A DNA stretch of 64,000 nt from Phoronis australis (taxonomy: Eukaryota > Animalia > Phoronida), in assembly GCA_002633005.1 (NCBI GenBank), contig NMRA01000116.1:566521-630520 (forward strand). The letters are read 5' to 3'. The position numbers and the translations under genes are program-made. This document shows, piece after piece, positions 1-12,146 of the stretch. How positions within the stretch are numbered: the stretch's first letter is position 1; the number at the start of each line of letters is the position of its first letter. The notes below the pieces were generated by a model, which was given only the letters and a program-made list of their open reading frames with translations, was not told where the DNA came from and searched no databases.

Positions 1-170
1 AAAGTTGGAAAATGATTTCTTGGTTGCTTCAGAAATGGTCTTACTGGTTGGATGATGGTCAACTAACACAGGGAAGAGATGACATAACAGGGGGGTGCCA
101 TCGTGCGAAGACCGTCCGAGTGACCTTGACATTCCCAGAAGCACAGGAATGATTGATGTACACAAGACAT
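1..170 (-). CDS. PI4KA: PI4KA exon 6 (partial, runs off the window)
   Basis: DVLCTSIIPVLLGMSRSLGRSSHDGTPLLCHLFP...KKSFSNF; resembles LCKYAIPCLIGISRAFGR...SFNDFR. Confidence 0.88.
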
Positions 171-1056
171 CTGTAAAAATTTAAAAACACTCATCTAAAG
201 AAGTCAAAAACACCAAGTGAGAGACAGGGAATTTTGTTATATTTAACAACAAAATACTTTTGCATGAAAAGGTCTGCTTACAAATCAACAGCAAATCTAT
301 CAGCTTACGAAAGACCTAATTTGTTACCACTGCTTCAGGATGTCAAACAATATTAATTACAAACAATTGAAACTACTGCATTCATTAATACAGTAATTAC
401 CAGACTGGAAATTCTAAGAAACAAGTGCAACTTTCAATTTCATGTAGAAACAAAAAGACCAACAAAAAAAACTTACTACCAAAAAAGAAAACTAAACATA
501 TTTTACCTTTTTGTCAGTATCTGTTAGTATTTAGGACTGATGAAAAACTGAATACAACTACAACTTATAGAAAAGTCAATGGTGAATATGATGGGGTTTT
601 AGTAAAGGCTAATCAAATTAAGTGATTTGAGTTAGATATGGACTGAGGAATTTGTGCACAAAAGCGATACTGTCAAAAGGATAAGTTGCTACAAACTTGT
701 CCTCTCAGCGACTTACATAATCTCCTGGCAACCACCTGTCCCTCTCCATTATCTGAATTAAACTACACAAGTCAAAACCAAAGCTGACTAACATTATTTA
801 ACATACAACAACACAGAGTAATTTAAGAACAAGAACAAAAAAACCCCAACATTTGCGTCTAAAGAAGGAAACGTAACTCCGTGTAAATTAGTCGCTGAAG
901 AGCCATTATAGATTGAATAGGGAAAGTAGTGTAAGGCATCATATAAGTCAGCATAATTAAACCATTCAAATTAAAAAATGTCTTATTATAACAAATGACC
1001 CTTATTCACTGGAGTCTGCAAGGTGTAATGATAAAGTACGTGTTTCAAAGACGTAC

Positions 1057-1138
1057 CTTTAGTTTCCTTAGTTTTGTCTGTGCAGCCTTGACACAGGGTA
1101 CACAGATTTTGGAAAACATCCAACTGAGTGGCCACAAT
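1057..1138 (-). CDS. PI4KA: PI4KA exon 5
   Basis: IVATQLDVFQNLCTLCQGCTDKTKETK; tag/gtacgt boundaries; phase 0 to 1 fits flanking exons. Confidence 0.82.
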
Positions 1139-1812
1139 CTAGAAGACAAGGAAGTTCAGATTTCAAAGAAATCTCAAAAAAGGAAGCTCAGTAATACAGC
1201 GCTCACATTTGGAATTGCTACGAGAAGGCAGATTGAAAATCTGAGGCCTACTCCAAATCAATTTTGGCATTTTTCTATTTCTGCTTCACTATATTCGTAC
1301 AACAAATTCAATTATCAAAACTGACTAGTGCTGCGCATATCCATACCTCATCCCCAACTTTCAGCAAAATTCTTGAAGTCATTTCCCCAAGAATTAACGT
1401 CAAGAATTTCTTGTTAGAAAGAGGAACGACCGAAGAGGATGTCACGGTAGCCACTCAGTCCCAAAACTCATATCACTGTGACAATTTCAACAATTCTGAC
1501 GTTTTAAGGTATTTAATTAAGATTTTTCAGCCATCTTGGATGTAGAAATCTATACTTTTATATGGCTTGAAAACGAACATTTTTGAAACTTCATTTGATA
1601 AAATGTAAAAGGAGGACAGTAACAAAAAACACTTTGGTATCTCTACAGAAGTACAGTGTTTAAAAGATCAAATCTAGATAGCTGAGAATTCTCAAAGGAA
1701 AAACACACCTCTTGCAATGGATACACAGAGCTGCTGAATGTTTCCAAAAACAGTTTAATGCACTACGTACAGCAAACTTTCACTGCTGTTGGTTAAGAAC
1801 AAGGAGACTTAC

Positions 1813-1898
1813 TGTTTCTTGGTGCTTTGGATACTTGTGAGCAATGTCACAGAGCAATGTATTCAAGGAGAAGCTGAAACACTCAGACACAGGCAACT
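1813..1898 (-). CDS. PI4KA: PI4KA exon 4
   Basis: KLPVSECFSFSLNTLLCDIAHKYPKHQET; resembles [20 protein letters not shown]; phase-compatible with neighbours. Confidence 0.9.
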
Positions 1899-2848
1899 CT
1901 AGAAAAAGAAACATAGGGTGCAGCTAACAACCTGTTTTACCCATTTAATGGTTTTCTTCTTAAGTTTCCACATAATGTTATTTTGATTGAGAAGTGAACT
2001 TAGGGGTGTCAGGGCGTATACACTCGACGGGCTATTACCACTAATCTGTGCAGATGCGGGTAAAAAACATGGTAATTATGTCTGATCAGTCAGTGAGACT
2101 GTAAGATAGAAAATCAAATGGCCGGCCTGAATTACAGCCATCACCCACAAAACCTGGCCAATTTTTTGTGAGGAAAAAATCTTTATACTTAAAATTTTAC
2201 GAGGAAATAAAATGTCAGCTCTGTGTGCATCCACAAACAGGGCGAAAAATGAAATCAAGCGTCGCAACTCTTCAGGCAGCTCTTAATCTTAAATGAATCA
2301 GTACAACAAGCAGAATGACCGTCCAGAGTTGGCCGCCTGCCAATACCAGATGGCCTATCATGAAAATATAATGTTATGAGAATACAAATATGAAAGGGTA
2401 GAGTCTGAATGCCACACACTAAAAGTGTCTCTACTCAATGGGATTACCATCCAACACGAGGTCAACTTCCTAAAACACACAAATAAAATTTCTTTTCAAG
2501 GTTGAAGTCGCCAAAAAATCTTAGTTCTGCAAATATCTGATAAGACACAACTACCTCCAAGACTATGAAGCTGATAAGAGGGTGAAATGATTTGCATTTA
2601 TTGACATGCTATATGAAAAAACAATTTTTCACATGAGCTCTCTGTTACGTTCATGCTAAACAACAAAGTTTTTTGTAAGCCAAAGGGTTAAGAACCCCTT
2701 AAATTTTATTCTTAAACGAGCATTTTTACAGGCTTATGAGCAAAAAACACAGAATTAGGAGTACATTCAGAATAAAATACTCATTTGAAACTACTTGGAT
2801 ACTGAGACGCAAATTATTTGACACCACAAATAATGAAAAAAGACTTAC

Positions 2849-2945
2849 TGAACTGCTGTCTGTGTGCTTGTTGGGACTCAGTCCACACCATTTTGGGAAG
2901 TTTGCGCAAAACACTCAAAAAGTATGGCAGCAACTTGTCCTCATA
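2849..2945 (-). CDS. PI4KA: PI4KA exon 3
   Basis: YEDKLLPYFLSVLRKLPKMVWTESQQAHRQQF; cag/gtaagt boundaries; resembles [21 protein letters not shown]. Confidence 0.88.
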
Positions 2946-3446
2946 CTGCAGCAAATAATAATAGCAATAACATTAAATAAACAAATATGGCAAAGGAAGG
3001 TCCCTTCCATTGTGGAAAATGTCAAATTTTTCTAGCACCTAGCTGCCATTTGGGCTTTTTACAGGTCTTAAAACTGTTTGAAAAACTTGCAGAAATTTTG
3101 CTGTTGTTTACCACCCTTCTGCTGTTAACCATTTTGCTAGCAGTAAACGACTGTCACTAAATCATTTGACAAAATTTTGACCATCTGTGGAAATCATGAG
3201 TGTTTGCAAAAAACAGCAAACACAATGTCGAAATAAACATAGTTTACTAAAGTTTTCAGAAGTTTAGGAAGGGCAGTATTTACATGTGAGAAAATGGATG
3301 AAACATTTCAGCTGATATGCAGTTATTAGGAGTTAAAGAGATTCCACAGAATGTTAACTTTTGCTTTTGCCAAAGGAATAACAGAAACTAAAACCAACGA
3401 AGAGAAATACAGCTCCTAGCTTAAGAACTTTAAAAACAATACATAC

Positions 3447-3567
3447 CTGGCCCCCTGACTCTNAGAAAGTAGATGCCCAGGGCTACTAGGGCGTCGCTAC
3501 ATCTGTGGTCCAAATACCATGTTTCTCCAGATGCCACTGAAGGGCCAAGGGCTAATAATTTTTCAAC
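3447..3567 (-). CDS. PI4KA: PI4KA exon 2 (contains a spurious N at 3463)
   Basis: AG/GT bounded; VEKLLALGPSVASGETWYLDHRCSDALVALGIYFLESGGQ when the N is removed; resembles VQKLL...DAVIALGIFLIESDLQ. Confidence 0.88.
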
Positions 3568-5016
3568 CTAGAAAACAAATCAATGCAATCATACCTCTAG
3601 GAAAAGTCAACTGCAAATTAAGTTACCAAGCACTGGTTTGATTAGAAAGTACCACTCGTTAATCAATGGAAATAACTCATTCTCATTATTTCTCAAAATC
3701 AGGGACTGTAACATCTGTACCTCATCAATCACCTAATGTTGCAATCAATCACCTGGGGATTTTCGAACACATGAGTTTGATGGGAGTCATTACCATTCAA
3801 AATCCAGACCAATGTAAAACTAGAGAAATCTGGTGTATCACCAGTGTGGTGTGTTAACGATAAAGCTCACTCCTCAGGTTATGGAAGTCGACCTCGATGC
3901 ATGATTAAAAAATTTACATGTTCTAGCATGTACCCCACTAGCACTTGGTAGAGACTTGTCTATCCAAATAGCTTGCTTATTGGCCAGTCAGTTTGAATGG
4001 TTGACTTAAACGTTAAAGAACCCCGGCACTGGTAGAGATTTTCTGACTTGCAAAACCCAGTTACGGAAATCGGAAATGGTTGCTCGGCATTGCTTTTGAT
4101 GACCAACAAGGCTTGATGCTTTGCATAATGTCAATTCGTCAAATGCAACCTGGCAAAATGCCAAGGAAACTGATGTCACCTAACAGGAATTAAAGTCACC
4201 AAACCCTGTTGGCAGCAGCAGAAATTGAAATTGACGAGACAACCGAAGTAAAAACCTGGCGAATTTGTGTGTAAGTGCACCAGAAATCATTCGGTTGGTG
4301 TCTTTATTCCGCTCGAGCACATTTATGAAGAGTATCCCACATACTGGGCTTGCATTCTAGGCGAACTCGATCTCTGCTGAACTATACTGTAGTAGTTGCC
4401 GAGATTATCCGACCCCAGAATTGACGCAGTGACCCCAATAAAAATGGCAAGCGTGCAAACCCTTCAGTTACTGCTAATAGCAGCTAATAGGCAGTACCAG
4501 TTGTGAGTGGCCAAGGTTCATATGACTCATTGGAAGCACATCTACTATAATTCCGTCCATGCAATATTTTGAATGTATGCTCGGATGTGGTATGGTGACT
4601 TCGTGGCGACCTGAGTTTTTAACTAGGTCGCCAAACAAAATCTGGCTGAGGTTGCATTGACTGTAGCATGTGTAGCCCGCCCCTAATGCCTACCCTTCAT
4701 CTGTCTAAGTTATGTCATTCTTTTTCATCTAAAAATATGACATGTCAGCATGTGGAGACACTCAGACCAGATTTAAGTAAGATAATACACGGTAGTGTTG
4801 GCTTACAAAGTAAATGGGTTTCATCCAGGCCCCTTAGGGATTATTCAGTGACTGCCTGGTTTCCAAGCAAAGACTGAAACCGGCAGAAGTCTCAAAGTCA
4901 AACATGTCAAAGTTGGACCGCTGCTATAGTGCCAATGAAACAGCTTCTCCTAATCACAAATGGGTCGCTCTTTATCATGAAAGTGCTCACAAAAGATTCA
5001 AGATATCTCATTTTAC

Positions 5017-5097
5017 CTTTGCCCATGGCGTCGGATCAATCTGAGAGAGCGAGCGCGCTAACTGAAGCAACGAATTTCTGTAAAATTCACTTCCCAT
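5017..5097 (-). CDS. PI4KA: Phosphatidylinositol 4-kinase alpha, coding exon 1
   Basis: Translates MGSEFYRNSLLQLARSLSQIDPTPWAK then GT donor; resembles the PI4KA N-terminus (FYFNTVLSLARSLA...LEK); in-frame TGA two codons upstream of the ATG. Confidence 0.88.
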
Positions 5098-5372
5098 CGT
5101 TCATCTTCCACTGCAGACTGCCCCTTATGAAAATAAAAAGAATATTTCGTTTCATAATAAACTGCAGAACTAGCAGAAATAATTAATACACCATGATTAG
5201 AGCATTTTTTTTAATTCAAAATAATATGATAAACAAGTTTCACTCAAATTTTGTTTTTTGAAATTAGAAATTTTAATTCAGAATTTTTTTAAAAAGTGCT
5301 ACAGCGCCACCTGCCATCAGAATATTAGTTTGTGAAATTGCCGCCAGGCGCCAGGTCCCGCGCACGACAAAT
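5098..5372. promoter_or_regulatory. Probable bidirectional promoter shared by PI4KA and EXOSC4
   Basis: 275 bp between divergent ATGs; AT-rich core plus GC-rich block with CAGCGCCACCTGCC (about 5302-5315) and CCGCCAGGCGCC (5341-5352). Confidence 0.7.
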
Positions 5373-5543
5373 ATGGCAGCTTTTGAGTTGTTGTCGGAAC
5401 AGGGGTTTCGAATTGATGGAAGGAAACAACATGAATTACGCCGGATGCAATGTAAACTTGGCGTTTTTAGTCAGGCTGACGGGTCAGCTTACATTGAGCA
5501 GGGAAATACAAAAGTTCTGGCAGCCGTGTATGGACCACATGAG
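5373..5543 (+). CDS. EXOSC4: Exosome complex component RRP41, exon 1
   Basis: MAAFELLSEQGFRIDGRKQHELRRMQCKLGVFSQADGSAYIEQGNTKVLAAVYGPHE then GT; RNase PH motif; missed by the ORF track. Confidence 0.96.
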
Positions 5544-5590
5544 GTACTTTGAGCTTGACACTTTTCTCTTGAACACATGGTCATGGATGC

Positions 5591-6300
5591 CCACAGGCGT
5601 CCTCAGCTTCTGTTCTGATCGTCCACAATACACTATATAATGTACTACAAGGTATGACACTCCGGACCAGAAATTCCATAGGTGCTTCACTGCAGCCGTC
5701 CATAGCAAACATAAAACTCAATAAATTTACACAAAACAGAGGTTCAACAAACCATGAGGAATTGTTCTTTCAATGCCATTTTCGGTGTCCTGCTTCATCC
5801 AGTTCGCAAGAAATTTGCGGTCAAAGCACAAACATCTTCTCAAAAAGCCCGTCCATAGAAACTCCTTTGTAAATCGAAGGTCAAGAACGATTATTACGGA
5901 ATTATCCGATGAGTTACGGATGAACGGCAATTCCCGATTTGTCACGGAAAGTTACGAAATCGTGACAATCAGCTATTGCCTTTCATCCATAACTCATCGG
6001 ATAATTCTGTATCGTTTCCTTTTACAAAGGAAAATCTCTGGACGAGCTTTTTGGGAAGATTTTTGTGCTTTGACCGCAAATTTCTTGCGAACTGGGTGAA
6101 GCAGGACACTGTAAATGGTATTGGGAGAAAGAACAATTCTTCATGGTTTGTTGAACCTCTGTTTTGTGTAAATTTATTGAGTTTTGTATTTGCTATGGAC
6201 GGCTGAAGTGAAGCACCCATGGAATTTCTAGTCGGGAGTGTCATACCTTCTAGTATTATATAGTGTATTGGGGACGATCAGAAGCTGAGGACGCCTGTGG
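5591..6300. mobile_element. Fold-back/MITE-like element, near-complete 710 bp palindrome
   Basis: Starts CCACAGGCGTCCTCAGCTTCTG and ends CAGAAGCTGAGGACGCCTGTGG; arms pair for about 350 bp around a centre near 5950; partial end copy near 7427-7510. Confidence 0.85.
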
Positions 6301-6340
6301 TTTCTATAGGCTATACTGGGAGTGTACTGCTGTAGGCATA

Positions 6341-7360
6341 CAGGGGCAATAGTACATCCCCATAAAAAGTTACGCATTTCAAAATACAGCAAATAAAATC
6401 AAATGAACCATACATATAGGAACATGTAATTATAATTAACTCATACAATGACTCTGGCTACAATATAGTCAGCATGCCAGAACTTGAACATATCCATGAA
6501 AATCTGTTGCAGGTTTGCTCGAGTTTCTTTTACTGGGTGTCATTTTGAGGAAGTTACATGAAATCACACATGTTGACAAATAGAAAGTCCAAGGGACCCA
6601 TATCTTACAAATTTCACCTGATACTTTCCCCATGCCATTTTGCAAGGTAGGTTTCCTACTCCTAGGCAACACGTAGCCCCTCGGTTGGCCGGTTAGGGTA
6701 TACAATACTTCCCATCGCTTTCTGTACTAATTTCGTCCCGTGTATTTTAAACAGGCGGTAGGCGAAATCCGCTCACTCATTGAGAGTTTTCACCTCGTCA
6801 AAAATACATTCTATACTTAAAACTATGACTTAAGAAGCCCTTAATTTCTTCAGTGGTCCTTTCTACTTCTACAAATATCTTCGATGAAGTATAGCTACGA
6901 CACATTAAGATAACTTTGGTGAAGAATTCCAACTGCACTTTTTGGTCCTCGTTAACTTTTTGACCATGCTTGCGATAACCACAATATTTCAACTGAGTCA
7001 TGTGAGTTAGGCAAAGGCTATCGCAAGAGTGAGCGAAGCACGTGACGCTGGTGCGTGACACTTGTAAAATAGCATGGGAAGGTATCAGGTGAAATTTGTA
7101 AGATTTGTGTTCCTTGAACTTTTTATTCGTCAACATGTGTGATTTCACATAACTTCCTCAAAATGGCACCCGGTAAAAGAAACTCGAACAAACCTGCAAC
7201 AGATTTTTATGGATATGTTCAAGTTATGTTGACTAAATTGTATCCAGAGTCATCGTATGTTTTGATTATAACTCTATATTCCTATCTATATGGTTCTATT
7301 GATTTTATTTGCTGTATTTTTAAATGCGTAACTTTTTATGGGGACGTACTATCGCCCCTG
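6341..7360. mobile_element. Non-autonomous TIR element with about 300 bp inverted arms (Tc1/mariner-like ends)
   Basis: CAGGGGCAATAGTACATCCCCATAAAAAGTTACGCA...TGCGTAACTTTTTATGGGGACGTACTATCGCCCCTG; TA on the left flank only. Confidence 0.8.
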
Positions 7361-7700
7361 CGGCATCCAGGGTGATGTAATTGCCTAATGGTTTCCAAGA
7401 CCAAGTTATGTCTTACGACGTTACATACACAGGCGTCCTTAACATCTGATCGTCCCCAATTTACTACAAGATATGACACTCGGGATTAAGAGCTTTCACT
7501 TCAGTGGTCCATATTGTAGTAAAATCAAATTTTATTTGCCCATACTTATTTTGCATTCAGCATTAAAACTTTCCCACATTTTGTTCTAATGCGATTAGTT
7601 AACAACACAGTCACCCAATGATAGCCATTTTAATGAAATCACAATCCCAAATAAGGAAAATTTTTCGTCAAAACCTAAAATAGACAACCCATCAGATTTT

Positions 7701-8746
7701 TTGAATACGTTACCTGAAGCTTCTGGTAGAGCATTAGGGAAGATATGCTCAACATTCAGTGATAACAAGAATCTAGGATTTGAAACATTTAAAACATTAT
7801 TTAATTCGTGTGTGGCACCAATTTTGGATTACGGGTCATCTGTTTGGGGTTACAAAAATTTTGGTAATGAAGAAAATATTCAAAACAGCTATGCGTTTTT
7901 ATTTAGGGGTCAACCGATTTACAGCCACTCCTGCTGTTAGTGGCAATATGGGGTGGGACTCCACAGGAAATAGATTTAAATTGAATATGCTGCGTCTTTG
8001 GAACAAACTAGTAACCACAGGTGGTGATAGGTTACTGAAGAAGGTATTTCTATGGGACTACTCTTTTGGTAGAAAGGGTTGGATTGACAGAATCAAAAAT
8101 TTGTTTAATATAACTGGCATGCAATCCTGTTTTCAAAATTTGACTACTTGTAACATAGTAGACGCTAATAACAAATTATTCGAATACGCGAAACATGCTT
8201 GGGCTGAATCCGTTGTAACAAAACCCAAGTTAAGAAGTTAACTTACATTTTATTTAAGCACGAGTTTTTAACTGAGCCGTATGTAAAGATTAATTTATCT
8301 CGTTCCAAGCAATCTCTTCTGGCTCAACTTAGAGCAGGGAGTCTCCCCTTGCACTTGGAAACTGGTCGTTATGTAAACACTCTTGTAAGTGAAAGACTTT
8401 GCTTGTGTTGTGATTCTGGTTCTGTGGAGGATGAGCTACATTTTGTGTTCTCTTTATAACTGACGGAGGTCTATTCTGTTTAATAATGTTTCACTTCAAA
8501 TTGCAGATTTCAATTCGTTAAAATTGCTATTTCAGTATTTTCCTAGGCAATTTGCCAAAAATATCAAGTCTGCTTTTGAACTTAGAAACCGACGCATTTA
8601 TGGTAGGCCTACATCTGAGTTGTGTGGTTAAAGTGTCTAATAAGCCCAACTGGGCTGAATACTTATCTTTCCCACGAATGTTCTACCTATAACTGTTTGA
8701 TTTAATTGTACTTGTCACTATAATAAATAAATACGACTACTACTAC
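7701..8746 (+). mobile_element. 5'-truncated, frameshifted non-LTR retrotransposon (LINE) 3' fragment
   Basis: Broken ORF2 C-terminus: PILDYGSSVWG, RLWNKL, KPKLRS, LAQLRAGSLPLHLETGRY, RLCLCC..VEDELHF; ends in AATAAA plus (TAC)n tail. Confidence 0.85.
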
Positions 8747-9910
8747 AGAAGTTACTGAAAATATACTCATGGGCTTACTTTTGTAAAATTTTCTGAAAAG
8801 AAGTTCATGGTCATACTTTTGGGTAGGGCCATTTTTGGAAATTCCCGGTACATGGAACTGCCCGAAGTCTGGTGAGGTTGTTAATCTTGTCACTACGGGA
8901 CTGCTTGACCTTCCATTGGGGTAAGACAATGAATGACCTTAATCGAAGGCAAGCAGCAGCCAATCACAGTGGTCGAATATGGGTTCACGTAGTGACGAGA
9001 TTGCAAACCATGCCAGACGTCCGGTGACTCTGTGTATTAATGTAAAGGAATTCTGTGTACTTGAATTATGTTCTAAAAAAATTGAAATAAACACCTGTGG
9101 TTAACCACAGCCACATTCACTATATTCTTCCTGGAGTAAACTGAATTATTTACCGTTGTTTGAAAAATTGGCATTCTAAAGTTATTCTGTGGCTAAAGTT
9201 GTGGAACAATCTGAATAAGTAGGATGTATTTTAATACCAGCAACTCCAATGTCAGAGCAAATTTTATTGCTCTGAAGCTATCAGCTCTTGAGAGATGTCA
9301 GAAAAAAATTAGCAAATGGCACGTGCGCATGTCTGGAGGGTACTGTTTTCAAAACAACTGTAGACTTTTCTTTGTTACAAAAAGCAGAGAATCATGCATG
9401 AGAATGACGTCTATTAGATATCATTGGTTTTCACTTAAATGGCTGTAACGGGCAAAGTGAGTGTTGGTTGACTCTCAAATTTTGCATGAATACTGGGCTC
9501 CCGCTGTTTGTTAGCTCTACATTTTGTTTCACGACGAGGTGATGAGCAGAACTACCCAGTCGGTGGGAAAATTCGAGGTCTATTAGAGCTTAACTCAGTA
9601 GTTCCTAGCTGTATTTTAACGTTAGTCTTTAAACAGTTAACTGGCTGGCTACGTTCCCCCATACTCTCATGAGCTGGTCAATCAGAAACCAGTCCCACTC
9701 ACAAGAAGAGTGGTTTATTACTGTAAAATATCTCTAATTTAGGGCACTAGGAACGAGACATTCTCAACTTAGAAGCCTTTGAAAAATGAAACCAACATAT
9801 AGGGAAATTATTTTTGTCAGAAATTAGTGAGATTTTTGTAATATGAGTGTAGTGCAAGACTTCAACTTATCTTGGAGGTACTGAGGCCTGTTGAATTTTC
9901 TTTTGTCCAG

Positions 9911-10117
9911 ATAAGAGGTAGCAAGTCCAAGGCGTTGCATGACCGTGTGCTTGTCAACTGTCAGTACAGCATGGCGACATTCAGTACGGGAGACAGGAAG
10001 AGGCGGCCACGTGGGGATCGGAAGTCCCAGGAAATGACTCAACACCTCCAGCAGACGTTCAATGCTGCCATTCTCACCCAGCTGTATCCTAGGTCACAAA
10101 TAGACATCTTTGTTGAG
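9911..10117 (+). CDS. EXOSC4: EXOSC4 exon 2
   Basis: IRGSKSKALHDRVLVNCQYSMATFSTGDRKRRPRGDRKSQEM...YPRSQIDIFVE; cag/gt boundaries; 207 nt. Confidence 0.96.
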
Positions 10118-10199
10118 GTTTGTAGCGCACAACTAAATCCAAGCCTTATTTCAAACCATGTGATGGTATTTGAATAAAAGTCTGAAATGACCAGATGTC

Positions 10200-12146
10200 T
10201 CGAGATGTACTGGGATCAACTGAAAGCATCCAAGGTATGTGTGGCATCATTATGCCGTCATCCTCGGGCGTCCGCCGACTGCTGCTGTATCTCTAAAACC
10301 TGTTGATGGGTTTGCGTGAAATAGTGCTAACATGCTCCTATCATGAATCGGGACGACAAAAGCAAATTTTCGGACGGATCCAAATATCATTGTGCCCCGT
10401 AGTGGCAATTTTATTTTTTATGTTCGACTTGGTAGTATCGAAGTTGATGACAGATTTCCATGAAGTTTGGTATCTACTAAGGACATGACAACACCTTGTC
10501 AGATGTGTATGACATATTCTATGCAGTCTAGTCCCCATTTTTACTGTTTTTTTTGGTGTCTGGCTGTCTATCCGCCAAACTGCACAAGGAATCATTATGA
10601 AAGTTGGCAGATGTGCTCGAGAGGAGCATGGTTGACTATAATTTTAGAATGGGTCCAACAGTTGTGGCATCCACAATTGGCATTTTTGTTCTTTGTGTCT
10701 GTAGCCATATTTCCTAAGCCTAATGCAGAATCTTTGCTAATTGGGCTTGTGTATTTTTATGAACGTGACAACAGATGATGATAAATTGCAAACGGATCCA
10801 TCTACCGTTGTGCCCCCTTGTGGCAATTATTTTTGCTTACGTTTTCCTCTTTCCTCAGAGTTCCTTGACGGATTTTCATGAAAATTGGCACATAGGTTTC
10901 TATTAATGAGACAATGACACCTCTCCATTTTGAGAAGTTTTCGACACCTAATAGTAATTTTTTTCAATCGTTTTTTTGCATTGACATTTCTGTCTACCAA
11001 ACCAGTCTATGAGTAATTATGAAAATTGGAGTATGCGTTCCTAGTGGATGGAACTGCTGTGGTGCCTTCAATTGGCAATTGTTTTTTGCCTGTTGCTCAG
11101 CTCCAAGTTCCTTAATGGATCTTCGTGAAATTTGATATTTGTTTCTGTCATCTATCGAGAATAAACCTGACCTGAATTTTAGGACAAATCAAACTACTGT
11201 GGCAATGTTGGTTTTCTTTGCGTTTGCATTTGCCTTGACATCTAGCAACTGTTCACGAAATTTGGTAAAAGAAGTTGTTATCAACGAGACGCAGTCCTGT
11301 TTCATAAGGATTTGACTTGAACTGTGACCCCTAGTGACCTAACTACTATATTTTTACTGTTGTGGAGAACATTGCTGACCTGCTTCATGCCCCCCAGAGT
11401 CTATTTTAGTGCAATTTTGGAAATGATGCTCATCCCTTTCATCTGCACTGAATGCGATGCACATGGTAGGCGCATATCAGCACTCCACTTTGCTCTCGTT
11501 AGACTTGGAAAAGTGCACATTCTTCAGATTAATGTGATATACTTAAATGAAATCAACGTGATGTAGTTAGCGTAATGTGATGTGGGCAGGATTAATGTTT
11601 TATAGTTGGATTAATGTGATGCAGCAATATTAATGTCATGAGGTTAGATTAAGCTTATGTACTAGTAGGATCTTATCTGCAGTTCTGTATTGACCCAAAT
11701 ATATGTGAAACTCAGTAAAAGTTTACATTTTCCTGAAAGTAGAAAACATGCAGAATTTTGTTTTTGACTGCCAGTATATCTTTCTGCCATTTATTGGATC
11801 ATTTGGCTATGTCTTTTTATTAAATTTTAGCAAACAGAAAGGTATATTCAAAGCAAAACGACGGTAACTTTTACATGACCCACTAGGTGCCAAATTCATT
11901 TTTTGCATTTGTCTCAATATTTACCAACTTAAGTTAATTTAAGAATCTTCAAGAAATTTGGTAGATTAAGACTTCATTCAAGGGAATAACACCAGCCAGC
12001 CAATTTTTGGTCAGTTCTGCCCCCTAGTGGCAATGTTAATTATTCACTTGCGGTATTTCCCTCTCTATCTGCCAAATCCCTTGCATATCTTTGCATTATG
12101 TGATGCACACGGTGGCCACATGTGGCCACTTCCGGTTGCTCTTGTA
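10200..12146 (+). mobile_element. Degenerate modular repeat, possibly Helentron-associated (HINE/pearl-like); boundaries approximate
   Basis: Recurrent GATTT(T)CATGAAA.TTGG and TGCCCC..(A/T)GTGGCAAT modules; perfect 18 bp palindrome GTGGCCACATGTGGCCAC at 12112-12129 just before GCTCTTGT. Confidence 0.45.

Noticed and set aside
5332-6244. Cluster of overlapping short ORFs, some paired on opposite strands
   Set aside because: Wrong-frame reads of EXOSC4 exon 1 and mirror images from the palindromic element
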